A stretch of DNA of 64,000 bases, taken from positions 2,975,754 to 3,039,753 of the forward strand of contig CAJINV010000005.1 of NCBI GenBank assembly GCA_905178155.1, given 5' to 3'. Position 1 is the first letter of the stretch. Every line of letters begins with the position of its first letter. Shown in pieces: positions 38,001 through 50,205 of this stretch. Position numbers and translations under genes: made by a program. This stretch comes from Amoebophrya sp. A120 (lineage: Eukaryota > Protista > Dinoflagellata). The notes beneath the pieces are model-generated. The model was not told where the DNA came from and did not search any database. It worked only from the letters and a program-made list of their open reading frames with translations.

Positions 38001-38843
38001 TCCTGCACTTACCCGTGTTCGGGTCTGAGGAGCACGAGCGGCCGCGGGTCGCGATGAAGTTTCTCGAGCAACTAATTTACCTGATCGAGAGCAATTCGGC
38101 GTGGTCTATGTTTGAATTACCGGTGGAACGGCCGAAACAAAAGTTTCCTCTTCGGCGGCGGGAGCACCAGGTGCCGCCCTTTAATATCCACCCTGGCGCA
38201 GCAGCAGTAGAGCAGCTCTCTCCCGAGGCGAAGAAAGTAGCGAATGATCACGCCGCACTCCTGGAGAAACAGTTCGCTGCGAAGTGGGATTTGAGTTTGG
38301 AGAAGCGGACAATGCTGAGGATGTTGGAAGTCCACGACAAAAACAGCTTGTTTCCCGTGTTTATGTTCTGGTTCGCAAACCCCGAAAAGGAGTCGGTCGA
38401 ATGGGTGGAAATACAAATCGAGTTCTCGGAGGAAAGTTCCACTTTTTTGTTGCGGTTTTCCGACCTGTATCGGATGTGCAGAAGTTGTGATGTACTTATC
38501 ATCTCACGAGCTAGAAGTACTTGTTGTATCATCATGCATGCGGAAGTATCAGACTCTGCTCCTGAACATCACACAGAGTTAGGATAAGTATTTTGTTTTC
38601 GTTTTCTCAACTATTTTCTCATGCAATTTTTTAATACTAGCGTCGTTAGAGTTACAGCACAACTTTTGCCATGTGCATAGGCACGAGGGCGCGAACTCGC
38701 ACGACGCGGGAATACGTTTCGTGGAAGCGCGACGGAATCACGCCAGCGGGTGGAGCCGGCGGCAGTTGCAGCGCTCCTGCGACGCAAGGCGTTCGAAATT
38801 GTCTATGTCGGAAGTGTTGGTGATGGAGCCCGAACCCTGGTGA
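35074..38843 (+). CDS. Large hypothetical protein interrupted by 4 TIR elements (last exon frame uncertain)
   Basis: ORFs at 35074, 36279 and 37592 join in frame after element removal; no domain recognised. Confidence 0.65.
35602..35880. mobile_element. TIR introner, family C, with an 11-bp direct repeat
   Basis: Flanks CCTTCATTGCG/CCTTCATCGCG; reverse orientation relative to 23677-23952. Confidence 0.9.
35941..36202. mobile_element. TIR introner, family A
   Basis: DR CTGCA/CTGCA; removal joins into the frame of ORF 36279. Confidence 0.92.
37356..37631. mobile_element. TIR introner (singleton)
   Basis: TATCCACAGAGAAAAACCCATGCACATCCA...TGGATGTGGATGGGTTTTTTTCTGTGGATA; DR CTGAC/CGGAC. Removal restores EHTDKSTYG. 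Confidence 0.88.
38468..38679. mobile_element. Decayed TIR introner without DR, bounded by G|TAT...ATA|G
   Basis: TATCGGATGTGCAGAAGTTGTG...CACAACTTTTGCCATGTGCATA, an imperfect inverted repeat. Confidence 0.6.
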
Positions 38844-40036
38844 AAAAAAACTGCCGGCGTACAACCTCCCTTGATGGAGTTTTTCGGCGTGCAACATTGT
38901 TCCGGGCGTGCAACATCGTTCCGGGAAAGTTATGCAGCGTACTTGTGATTGTGAACATTTTCTTACTCTCAGCAGTTCTTTCTCTGAAGATGCAGTATTA
39001 TGTCTGACGAAAATAGAAATTAAGATTATACGGTTTTCGTACCTGCACCACAGGGTCGCTACAAGCTGAAACAACGCAGTCTTATGCGGCGTGTGGCTAC
39101 GACAACGTATCCAGATTCGGATTTTACCATTTTTCAAAAAGCTCCAGCTCTGTGCCTCCACCTGCATGCTTTTTTGAGAATTTCCCTTCCAGTCTCGCCC
39201 GCTCCCGCATTAATGCGTGTTGCAAGGTCTCGTGGTAGCTCTGGGCGGTTCGACTATATCTTGTATCAGTTTTGGAGGAGAGCATATGTAAAACCGGTAT
39301 AGCAAAGCAGTTTCTACAGGTACAAAATTATTCAGGTGTGCTGACGACGATACTTTTACTTTACACGGACTGAGTACGCGTAGGACAACGCGTCGGGGCC
39401 TTGCAGTCGATATTTTGCATTTGCATACAAAGCGCTAGAATACAGTAGAGGTGTATAATAAATTTGCACAGTGAGTTTCTCTGCCAGATAAGGCTGCGGC
39501 AAGGCTCGCTTGTTTCCGCGGGCGGCGGCAGAATTTTTATATTCTGAAGCATCATTATCAACATTGTTTGTAGTTGTACTTACTTACTTCGCAGAATTTG
39601 AAAATCAAAATTGCAAAAGACGATCAGGGCTGCTCCAAGTTATTGTTCAGTTCGATTGTTCTCGGACAAATGCGACGCTCGTCAGCAACCCGAGGATCGC
39701 TGGAAATTACGAGAAGCTCATTTCTGTTCCCCATGTTGCTCCTTTTTTTTTTGCAAACACTACGACTACTCGGAGTCGTCCGATGCAGTGCAAATCAATT
39801 CACTGGCACTCTGTTTTTGGCTTTTCTTCCGGAGGGATGATAGCAAGAGTTCTTCTGAGTGATGTGAAAGTACGAGGGCGAAGATACGTTTTGCGTACGA
39901 GTCTGATGTGGCTGCTTTGCTGCATCTTACGTGCAAATTAATATGCGAGTAACAATAAGCAACACACACAAGTAACTGACAAGATGGTCAACATGATGCG
40001 AAAGATAAAGTAAAAAGCCACAATGCGTCGATAGTC

Positions 40037-42180
40037 ATGAAGGGTCTTCATCTCAACATCTTTTCCATCTTTGCCATTACCGCACGACGACCACCCTTAC
40101 TCCGAATGAAGACCACTTCCGAGCGTCATCTCCCTGTCTGGGCGTTTCTCTCCATCCTTCTTCGTCTCGTCTTCCTGCGGACGGTCGAACAAAGCATGAC
40201 CCAAAACTTGAGTTATGCTTTGTTCAATGAAGGAGTTGATGAACAACCACTAGGTGCACCCTCTACTCGACGTCATCAACAACATCCCGCAACACGTAGA
40301 ACATCAACAATGTTCCCCTTCGTTGCCGCCGGCACCACGCGGGTTCTCGATCCGGGCGGCATGCTGGTCGATTCGTGTCGAACCCAGGTCTGCTCCAACA
40401 ACCAAAACATGGCGAAACTAAAGATCGCCCTGGAGCAGATCGAAACCCCGCCGCAAGTGAACCAGATCATTATCGAGGTGGAACCGTTTCACGACGATCC
40501 GCAAAAGGACAGAGTTTGGGAATCGCTACAAGGGGATCAGCTGCTACACGAGAAGGCGGTGTCCAGACTCCGCGACTGCGAGAACAACATGGCGGAAGAT
40601 AAAAAACCCTGCCCCTACGCGTACGTGGTGTTAGATTCGCACCCCAAGGTATGGATGTGTCAGAGTTGAAATCGACAAAGTTGAAATAATTTGTCATGCA
40701 TAAATCTGTCTTCGGTTGTGTAGTGGTTTCGGTCGGTTTAGCATTACAAATTATTTCAACTTTGACGATTTCAAACCTGACGCTTCCATACAAGGCGGAA
40801 CTGGATCCGACGGTGGTGACGGAGGCACAAGAGAAATTCTCCTTTTCCCTATCACAGTGAAAAATGCCCCCCACCCCCGAAATTGCAAGAATTTGCGATG
40901 CGAAGTTTCCAAATGAAAGCTTTTTGTCATGCATGAAAGGAGTACGAATCTTTCTGATGCAGATTCTAGTCGTGTTTCGCATCGCTTGCATGACAAGCAC
41001 CGCTCTTGCTGGGATCTGTTGCAATACAAATTTTTGCTATTCACGATCGGAAATCTGTGATGCTGATACACGCAAGAGGGCGAATGTTTCATTTGGAAAG
41101 ATTTGCAATACAAATGCTTTCAAGTTCGGGGGTGGGGGCATTTTTCATTGTAATATTCCCAGTTCGGGATCGCGGTGGCGCTCAGTGCGAAAACGGACTT
41201 CAACTGCATGCGGGAGCATCTCCGGGTGTTCCTCAGAAACATTGCCGACCACAACTGGACTTCGCACATGCACTGGGTGCCCTACTTGCTTCCGCAAGTG
41301 CTGGACGCGGCGGTGGCGCAACGCGAGGACATGTGTAGTCGGGGATCTGGTTCTTTACCTTCCTCGCCAGAAGGTATTTTCAACGCGGATGGGACACGAA
41401 TTGCAGCAGAATCGGCGGCGACCAGTATCACCGAAGATTTTCTCACGTTGTTCTCCTCCTTCTCGAACCGACTGCACACGGCGTTTTTCCTGAAGTCGGA
41501 GATTCTCCTCCCCTTGGGGTTCATGGCGGCGTTCGCGATGTGCACCCTGCTGGTTCTGTACATTTTGTTCGTGACCGTGGCGCCGCCGCCGGCGAGACCG
41601 CCTTCCCGGGTGGAGCCGGGAGACTACCAGCTCACGGATGGACAGGTTTTTAATAGTGAGACTGGTTTACTTAGTAAGGCTTTCATGCATCAGAAACAGA
41701 ATGAAGTTGATGTAGTTTCGTCTTTCTATTACGTCGTGTTGCGCATGGCAAAGTGAATACCCCGTGACAAATATGTTCCAGGGCGTCGTGGTTCGTTTCG
41801 CGCCCGCGTCTGACGCGCCGGTGGTCGGGGAATTAGAATCCGGGGAGGTCGACCTCACCGTCGTGTCCGTGCACGAGAACGCGTGGCTCGAGATTTCGCT
41901 CCCGTATCCGGGCTGGATAGAGATCGAAGCGTTGGTGGCGCAGGGGGAGAAAGGTGGTACGTCAAATCGCGGCGCAGAAGACACAAAAGATGCGCAGAGG
42001 GGGCAAAATCACACATACACCCCGCGGGACGACTCCTTCCAGGAGGCGGATGATCACTCCGGGTCTTACGGCGGCGGGGTGTCGTCTCCGGAAGTTGTAG
42101 ACGGGAGTTTTAGTGGGGAATCTAGTGCTGGTGCGAGGCACAGGATACTGGAGAAAACGATGGCGCGGGAGAATGGTTGA
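40037..42180 (+). CDS. Putative membrane protein with a C-terminal SH3b-like domain (start codon uncertain)
   Basis: N-terminal hydrophobic segment and TM segment ILLPLGFMAAFAMCTLLVLYILFVTV, then GVVVRFAPASDAPVVGELESGEV...WLEISLPYPGWI. Two TIR elements plus a GT-AG intron at 41646-41781. Confidence 0.68.
40650..40790. mobile_element. TIR introner, family F (141-bp internally deleted form)
   Basis: DR CAAGG; ends nearly identical to 62717-63023. Confidence 0.93.
40850..41155. mobile_element. TIR introner, family E
   Basis: TATCACAGTGAAAAATGCCCCCCACCCCCGAA...TTCGGGGGTGGGGGCATTTTTCATTGTAATA; DR TTCCC. Confidence 0.92.
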
Positions 42181-43824
42181 AGGGGATGTGCAGGCGTTTC
42201 TTCCTAATCGCGAAAAAATGCTGATGATCCCGCCCCGGTGAAAGAGTTGATTTCTGTGACCGTGTCAGCATGAGGTCGTGCGAGCCGGAACCGCATCTGC
42301 CTTCCGGATCTGTAAGAAGTACGTGTAAGCCGGAGGACGGACTCATGACTCGGACTCAACGGACTTGCCACGCGGCTTCGTTTCGCGTCAGTGCGGCGAT
42401 CATGAAAGAAACGCTTCGTAAAGTTGTTCGCCGAAGTCAGTGTTTGAGTCGAATCCGTCTGCTTGCACATTGACTGTTGCCCATGTGGCTAGAAAAAGGC
42501 GGGAGACGTGAGTGTGAGCGAAACTTAGTCGAGCGTGCGAGGTTAAAGGCGCGAGATGGATTGAGGAGGCACTGAAAAAATAGCAATCGTTCTGTGAGGC
42601 AGAGTAGTCGCGAACGCGATGCGGGCGCGCTTCTTTCTCTCCGCCACATTGGCGTAAGGGGAGTGCCGGCCCGCCAAGCGCTTCGCCAGAACGGATCGGC
42701 GCGCTTGCTCGGGGGCGGAGGCGCGGGCCGCGGAGGCGCCCCGCGCGCGGCGAGTAGTGGCGGCCCGCCCGGTGTTGTGCCGTCCTCTTGGGGGACGGAG
42801 CTGGTGGGGGGTGTGCTGGGCCTGGGCGGTCGCGCGGAGATGTTCAGGGGGAGTCTGGGCAATTACTGTGGCGGCGCGGCGCCGAAATTGCGCCGGATCG
42901 CAAAGCGCCGCGCCCCGTGGCGGGCGCGCGCATACCGCGGGCGCCCAATGCTGACGCTGGTAGCGGAGAGAGGTTTCCCGGGACCGCGCGCGGGCGGGCG
43001 AAGGCAAGGCATCAGTCGACCAGTAAAGGCGCGGCCTGTGCGTTTTCTCGGAATGCGCAGCAACGAGAAAGGTTGCCCAAGTTGCGCGCCCGGCTTGACA
43101 GCGACGGCCGCACTACTTCCCAAGCAGCCGCCGCCCCCGCGGCCCACCCATCTGGCCACAACCCCCGGGAATGCGGTCAGCCACTAGGCCGCTCCCGCCA
43201 TGGGGGCGGCTGCGCTTGTAGCCCTGTTCTGGGCGCGCACCCTTGCCGGCCGCGCGCGCCAGATAAGCAGCCGTGGCGATTTGGGCGCGTGGCCCCTTCC
43301 GTTCCGGCGGCGCCCTTTTTCGCCCCACCACGGGAGGTGCATGCAGCCGCGCGCAGCATCCGGAAGTCGCGCAGGTGCCGGGTGCATTGCATCGAAGCGG
43401 CCGCCGCAAGCCCGGCCGTTTTTACTTTTTTGAACGAAGCCGACTATGACGTACGCGTACCACTCGGTGGCGTTGCTGGTGCTTTTTTTCGATTTTCAAT
43501 TGAGTGTTCGCTGAGCACATGTCTTTAGGTAGCGTCGTTAGAGCTTGTCCATTACTTTATTCGGAAGTCGTCTTTCGGTCGTCGTACTTGTGTCGAGCCA
43601 ATTGTCGTTACAGTCAAGTCCCTGACTTTCTTTCGCTCGCAAAGCCAACCGCTGCCAGCATTTCGCAGTGCGAAGAAAAACACCACGGAGTGAATTCTAG
43701 AACAAAAATCATACTACAAACGCAATAAATAAGTCTCCTTCTAGTTGGCTGCGGGCCCACGTGAAAAAGGGGCATGAAGAACGACGCCTGGGTATCATTA
43801 TTCTACTAAAAAATATCGCCCAGG

Positions 43825-46800
43825 ATGGAGGAGGAAACCCATATGGACCTCCTGAACGACGAGGCCGAGGACCAAACCGGGGCAGTGGTCATCGGCTTCG
43901 AGCAGGAGGAAAAGGGCGCACACGTGCTTGGATTCGAGGATGAAGTGTCGCCAAAGGTACAGACAAATTGCAGCGATCAAGCTTTTTATGTTCTCGCGGT
44001 TTTTTTGGAGGTAATCAGGAACACAAGCTGAATTGCACTAGGCTCTTCCCTACGTGTAATTTCTTCGATCTTCACAAGTGCATCGTTCATACCTTTCAAT
44101 GAAAAAACCTTCCAGGTATCCGCCGTCCTGAAACACGACCACATGATAAATGTGAGTCTCGAGTCCGACTCGAACAACCTCGACCCGCAGGCCTGGGCAG
44201 AGGAGGTCCAGAAAACCACTTCCGGTTCCTGGTGGATAGACGCGGTGATTTATCCTCAGTAAAAACTGCGTCCCATAGTCAACCTGCTAGGCAAACCAAC
44301 AAGCTGTGGCTGTTGCGCATGACAAGTTTCGCCTCGTAGTGTAATCCTATTGAGCTCGTTTTGAAGCGTCACAGATCTAGCACATCGCGCGCATTGAAGC
44401 ATTACAAAAAAAGAGGAGACAATGCTTCTCATGGGGCTCCGCATGAGAGACACTGCGTCACCATGCAGATCTGCACTACAACTATGCAAGTGGGGACGTT
44501 TTTACTTAGGATATGACTCTCGGGAGGTTGTCAAGACTCGCGGAACGATACAGCGTGATGCGGACCATGCACGCGCCGTTCGTGGTTTGGAAGGAGTACC
44601 TGCAAGTGCAGAGGGACAGGTAGATGATCCGAGTTTTGGTTTGTCGTGTGTGAAGTTTGTACTGCATAAATTGCAGGTCGTGTTGTACAAGAACAAAACA
44701 CATTTTTTTTTTCGCATACTTGTGGTTTTCTCATGCAACTACAAAGCCCATTCTCGTTTCTAATTCTATCAGGAGAAAAATCGACCGGAGACGATTTTTC
44801 CAAGTTCTCTTCCGGTCATGGCGCTTCCGACTCCTCGCACGCAATCCCAAGACCGCGAAGATAATCAAGGGTGGCATGCGATTACGGCGTGTTGTGCGGA
44901 GTAGGATAAAAGCGGCGTGGGATCCGGTACAATGACCTGAGTTTTCTTATCCACAAAATTCATTTTGTCAGGAGTACTTTTTGACCACGCATAGAATGTT
45001 TTTACCTGACGTAAGAGTACCTCTCCATTCGTCGTCAAAACAGCTCGTCCGTCCGGTTCTGGTCGGCCGAACGACCAAGCAGTCCAGCGCTCTAGCAAAA
45101 CTGTTGAAACTGGTGATGTTCCGAAATCTCGCCTTCACTTTCCGAGACGGAAAGCTGCAACACGCGTGCTTCCAAGCCTGGGCGGCCTACAAGGATTGTC
45201 ATAACGAGAGAGCGAGTAAACCGGCGGGGAATAATATCAAGGGAAAAAGGAAGTCCGTCAAGGAAGAAGCAGACGTCCCATTGGGCAGGGAGGTAAAAAT
45301 TGCTGCTTCTCCAGTTCATCTGCTGTCCTAGGAGGATGTTTAACAACTTGATGGTATGAGAAGAGTCTGGTCGTGAAGTAGATTTGATGCTAACTACTCT
45401 CCAACAACATCTATCGTAGATCTCCTCCGGCGAAGAGCTGCTGCAGAAAAGCCGGCCCTTCATCCGGAAGGTGATGCAAAAAGCGTGGGCCCGGTGGCAA
45501 CGGACGATAAAGTGGTGGATGTCGCCATCGGAGTGGCAGCTCTGGCACACTGAAGCGTATTATTCATTGGTCGTTTAGTGTTTGATACACTTGTATACTG
45601 CTCCTCCTGCAGCTAGGACACCTATCATGCACTCCGTTGGGCTTTGACTTGTCGTAGCGTTTTTCATGGAGAAATGAGATTGTCGTGCTGAGTAGCGGAA
45701 TATTCTAGCCGTCATACTTCTCCTTTTCCAGCTATTACCACGGGGAAATTCCCCACCCGCCACGACACGTGGCGGAAACCAATGCGCCCCCGCTCCACGA
45801 ACCGCTAGTCAGTTCGAGCACGTGGGGCCAGATTTCTGTGAAGAAGTCTGGGGAGCAGATGGACCTGGACGGTTACTACAATCAAGTTCTCGGGGACGAC
45901 TGGGTGCCCTTCCCCCACGTGCAACCGGAGGAGGACGAGGACGCGGCGTTGCAGCTAGAGCTACAATCCACGACAACACCCAGCGGGCGACTGGCGTTTT
46001 CGCACAAGAGCAAATTTTCGAGCAAGCTGAGGAACATTGCGCATAAGGTAGCTTCAGGATTTTCAATTTTTTATTTGATTATGGTGATCGGGTTTTTCTT
46101 TTTCTTTTTTCTTTTTGTCGTGCAGAATGAGATTTTATTGTTTAACTTTATCGAAGTGGTGCTGTATTTTGAATTTGCGAATTATGCTATTCAGATCGGC
46201 GGCACGTCGCTGTTGACGAATCGGGCTGCGACTGCAGAGGAAAAGCTTGAGGAGCAATCGAAAACCTTGCGCAAGTATGCGGAGGGCGCAGAAACGACCG
46301 CGAAGCCGACAGAGGTGAAAATTTTGACAGTGGTATTTTGTCCTATGTATTTGCATTTGTCATTACAGTCATACATAATAATTCTGATTTACCGTTTCAG
46401 CATCACGTAAAAACACAGAACTCCTCTGAGCAGCCAGTGCTTCACGGTAGATACAGCCCGCGCACCTTGGTTATCCTGCGGAACGTGGACAAGACACGGA
46501 AAATCACAGCGCCGGTGAGTGAAAAAGAGCAGAAGCAGATCGACGACATTTCGGTTGCGGACACGGAGGAGGTGTCAGAAGTGGAGCCCGCCGCCAGTTC
46601 CTCCAGTGCAGCACCTGCCACAAACGCCCGCGCCTCCTCTTCCTCTTCCGTTCGGCTAGAAGACCGCGGGGTCGTAGACGAGAAGGATGTAGTAAAAGCA
46701 GTGGACGACGTCACCGGAAATAAATCGCAAAGACAGATACCTGCAGTGGGTAGAAGTAGTACTAGCGGCGCAGCATCACCTACGAGGAACGGTGAAGAAG

Positions 46801-46964
46801 AAGACGACGATACAGCTCCGAAGCCAACCGGCCCGGGCGGGACGGGCAAACCCGCGTCGGCCTACATGAAACTGAAACGAACAGTGACGCAAGGGGGCGC
46901 GCCCACGGTGCAGCCGGTGACCCTGAAACCTCGGAAATCGGTGGCGGAGGAGAAAAAATCGTAA
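43825..46964 (+). CDS. Multi-exon hypothetical protein with repeated FxxW helical motifs
   Basis: GT-AG introns plus one TIR element. Segments PFVVWKEYL, LFRSWRF, CFQAWAAY and AWARWQR; low-complexity C-terminus. Confidence 0.5.
44251..44513. mobile_element. TIR introner, family C
   Basis: DR TGATT/TGACT; reverse orientation relative to 30541-30819. Confidence 0.88.
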
Positions 46965-48177
46965 AGAACCGAAAGAAAATTGTGGGTTTTTTCGGTTTTG
47001 TTTTCAATAATGAATTTTTGTGACGTTATTAGAACGCAAAACATGTGGACGAGGTAGTATTCGTTTCAACAGCTGCCAAAATGTTCGAAAGACGGAAACT
47101 CCTCGGGGAGAAGAGGGCAAAGAAATGTTCATTTTTCGACTCTGATAGCGAAGTACGTAGGTATGATCCTTGAAAAAGACAAAAGACTCAGGCAGAATTG
47201 TTCCAGATTTTAGACTTTTAGACAAAGCACTACCACCTCCAGAACAAAGGGGGTCGGCGTAGTGAAGAGCAAGCAAAAGGCATTTTGCTTCTCCTTCTAC
47301 GGAGGTGTGTGTACTCACACCAACGAAGTAGCCTCTGCTTGGCGTCGACACGACAAGAATGTGACAAGAAAACAGATTTCAGGTTAATGCAAAGCTTCCA
47401 AATAGATATAGAAATGGTGTGACTGTGACTCAGAGCTGAGCCTGCACGATGGGCCGAAAAAAATTTCCTGTACAATATTTGAAATTAGACCATTCTGTAT
47501 CTAACTGGCTGAGGATCGTTGACCTTTGTATCAAATTGCTTGTACGATGACGGTTACTTACTGACTTATTTTCACAGTGATGGCACCACTCAGAACCCCT
47601 GAGGTGTGCGATGGGCGGAGGAGGTCAGGAAAAAAAGACAAAGAACCGAGGAACGGAAGGGAACGAGAAACAAAGATGGCTTAAACATTGATTTGTCGTT
47701 GTTGTGTTCGTGATTGTATCGCTGTTTACCCCCCATGAGAAGTCGCTCTTACGATTGCGAGATGCGAAAGGCATTCTCTTCGAACAGCGGATGAGTTTAT
47801 TTCCAAATCAAGTGGCAGACGCGCCGAGCTGTAGCTATGTTAAGTGTCGTTGAGAAGATGACGATGAGAGTTGGAAGTAGATGCAACTGTGGGAAGATGA
47901 TGTTGGGACTACATTAATATTAGCAAGAAGAGAACGATTGTTTGCTGAGTATACAAGAACATCGCTTTCAGTTCCAGCTGTGTGACAAAGTGACTTTGAA
48001 TGCTTCCAAATTCCAAATTCAATCGACATGATAGAGAAAGCCGGAGAGGATTAAAAATCTTGTGTTACCACATTTGAAAAGACGAGATAGTATCCACTAG
48101 TAGACGACTTCAGTGAAGAGCCAATTCATCTCTTGTGTCGCTTCAGAATCTTTTTCGAAAAAAAGCAAACACTCAAA

Positions 48178-50205
48178 ATGGCGAAGACTCTCGCGGAGCA
48201 AGATCCCGTCATGGCGGAGCTGCTCGACGCGGAAAAAACGCGTCAGCAGTCCTGCATTGAACTCATCGCCAGCGAAAACTTCACGAGCAAGGCGGTATAG
48301 GGATACCGGACGATTTTTTTCTTATGCATAAAACAGCCGTCAATCTCGCATAGGCTTAGGCATGCAACATTGATCAAGACTTCTAGCACATGTAAAAAGA
48401 AATAGGTTGAAAAAAAACAAATCTTAGGTGATGGAATGTCTCGGTTCTGTCCTGACTAACAAGTACAGCGAGGGGCAGGCGGGCGCCCGCTACTACGGTG
48501 GGAACGAGGTGATCGATAAAATCGAGAATCTCTGCAAGGACCGTGCGCTGTCCGCCTTCGGCCTGGACCCCGAGGAGTGGGGCGTGAACGTGCAGCCATA
48601 TTCTGGGTCGCCTGCCAATTTTGCGGTTTACACCGGCTTACTGAAGCCACACGACCGGGTGATGGGCTTGGATCTGCCCTCAGGGGGACACTTGACCCAC
48701 GGATACTACACGGCGTCTGGTAAGAAGTACTTTCTTTCTATGGTGAAACATGTAGTTTTTGCTGTGCATGCAACACGTATGTAGTTACGCATGACAAAGA
48801 ACAATGGTATCCATCTTGCTGATGTTGTTCTTGCATTACAACAAGGTAAGAAAATCTCCGCCACCTCGATCTACTTCGAATCCTTGCCGTACACCGTCCG
48901 GTCCGATACGGGTTTAGTGGATTTCGAGCAGCTCCGGGAGCGCGCAAAGCTGTTTCGACCCGCGATGCTACTGTGCGGCGCGTCGGCCTACCCGCGGGTC
49001 CAGGAGTGGGCAAAGTACAAGGAAATCGCCGACGAGGTGGGCGCGATTCTCATGGCGGACATGGCGCACATCAGTGGATTGGTCGCCACGGGGGAGCACC
49101 CTAGCCCGTTTCCGTTCTGCGATGTGGTATTCGCTTGTGTTGGTTTTTTCGGTGGCATGGCAAAATATCACTCATGATCTCTGTGCTGCCCTGAGCAGGC
49201 ATTGCAATCTGCTTGGCAGGTTGACGTCGAAAAAGCCGCACCAAAAAATCGATCAGGTCACCACCACCACACACAAGTCGCTCCGGGGGCCGCGAGCCGG
49301 TATGATCTTCTACAAAACCAAGGACGCAAAGTTCCCGAATGTGAAGGAGAGAATAGACATGGCAGTGTTCCCCGCACTGCAGGGAGGGCCGCACAACCAC
49401 CAGATCGGGGCACTCGCGGTGCAGCTGGCAGAGGTGCAGACGGACGATTTTAAAGTCTACGCCGGGAATGTCGTGAAGAACGCAAAGGCGCTAGCGACGG
49501 CACTAGAGAAGCTGGGCAACAAGTAGCAATTTACTGACAGTGGTCTTGTGATGATGCCCTTTTCCATCTATGAAAGCAAAGTCGTTTCTAGTTTCGCACT
49601 AAGTACTTATGCATCATGGTCACCGTGAGAAGACGCATGCTCAACACCTTCCGAAATACCATACCAGGCTCGTCGCCGGCGGCACGGACACCCACCTACT
49701 GCTCGTGGACTGCATGAAGTGGGGCGTGAACGGAAGGAAGACAGAGTTGGTCTGCGATTTGGCGTCGATCACGCTGAACAAAAACTGCATCCCGGGCGAC
49801 ACCAACGCCCTCAGTCCCAGCGGAGTCAGGATAGGTAGAGATAATTTCATTTGTCATAATTGCTGTGGAACAGCAGGACAAAAAATGGCCGAGCTGCGCC
49901 TGCTCTTCTTGCAATTTTAAATTATCATGACAAAAAAAAATCGATGGTTTCCTTTCACCGGCCGAGTCGAAACGTCTTCTTCAGGTACCTGTGCCATGAC
50001 GACCCGGGGCTGCACGGAGGCGGATATGGTAATCATCGCGGAGTTCGTGCATCGCGCCATCCAAATCGCAGTGAAAGTGCAGGAGGTGAAGGGAAAAAAA
50101 ATCAAGGATTTCGAGCAGGACCTGTCGAGCAACCCGGACATTGTCGCGCTAAAGGCCGAGTGTAACGCCTGGGCGGGGAAGTTCTTCTTCCCGGGGATGG
50201 TGTAA
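48178..50205 (+). CDS. SHMT: Serine hydroxymethyltransferase (cytosolic type), 6 exons, all introns GT-AG
   Basis: [55 protein letters not shown] and LQGGPHNH. Confidence 0.98.
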
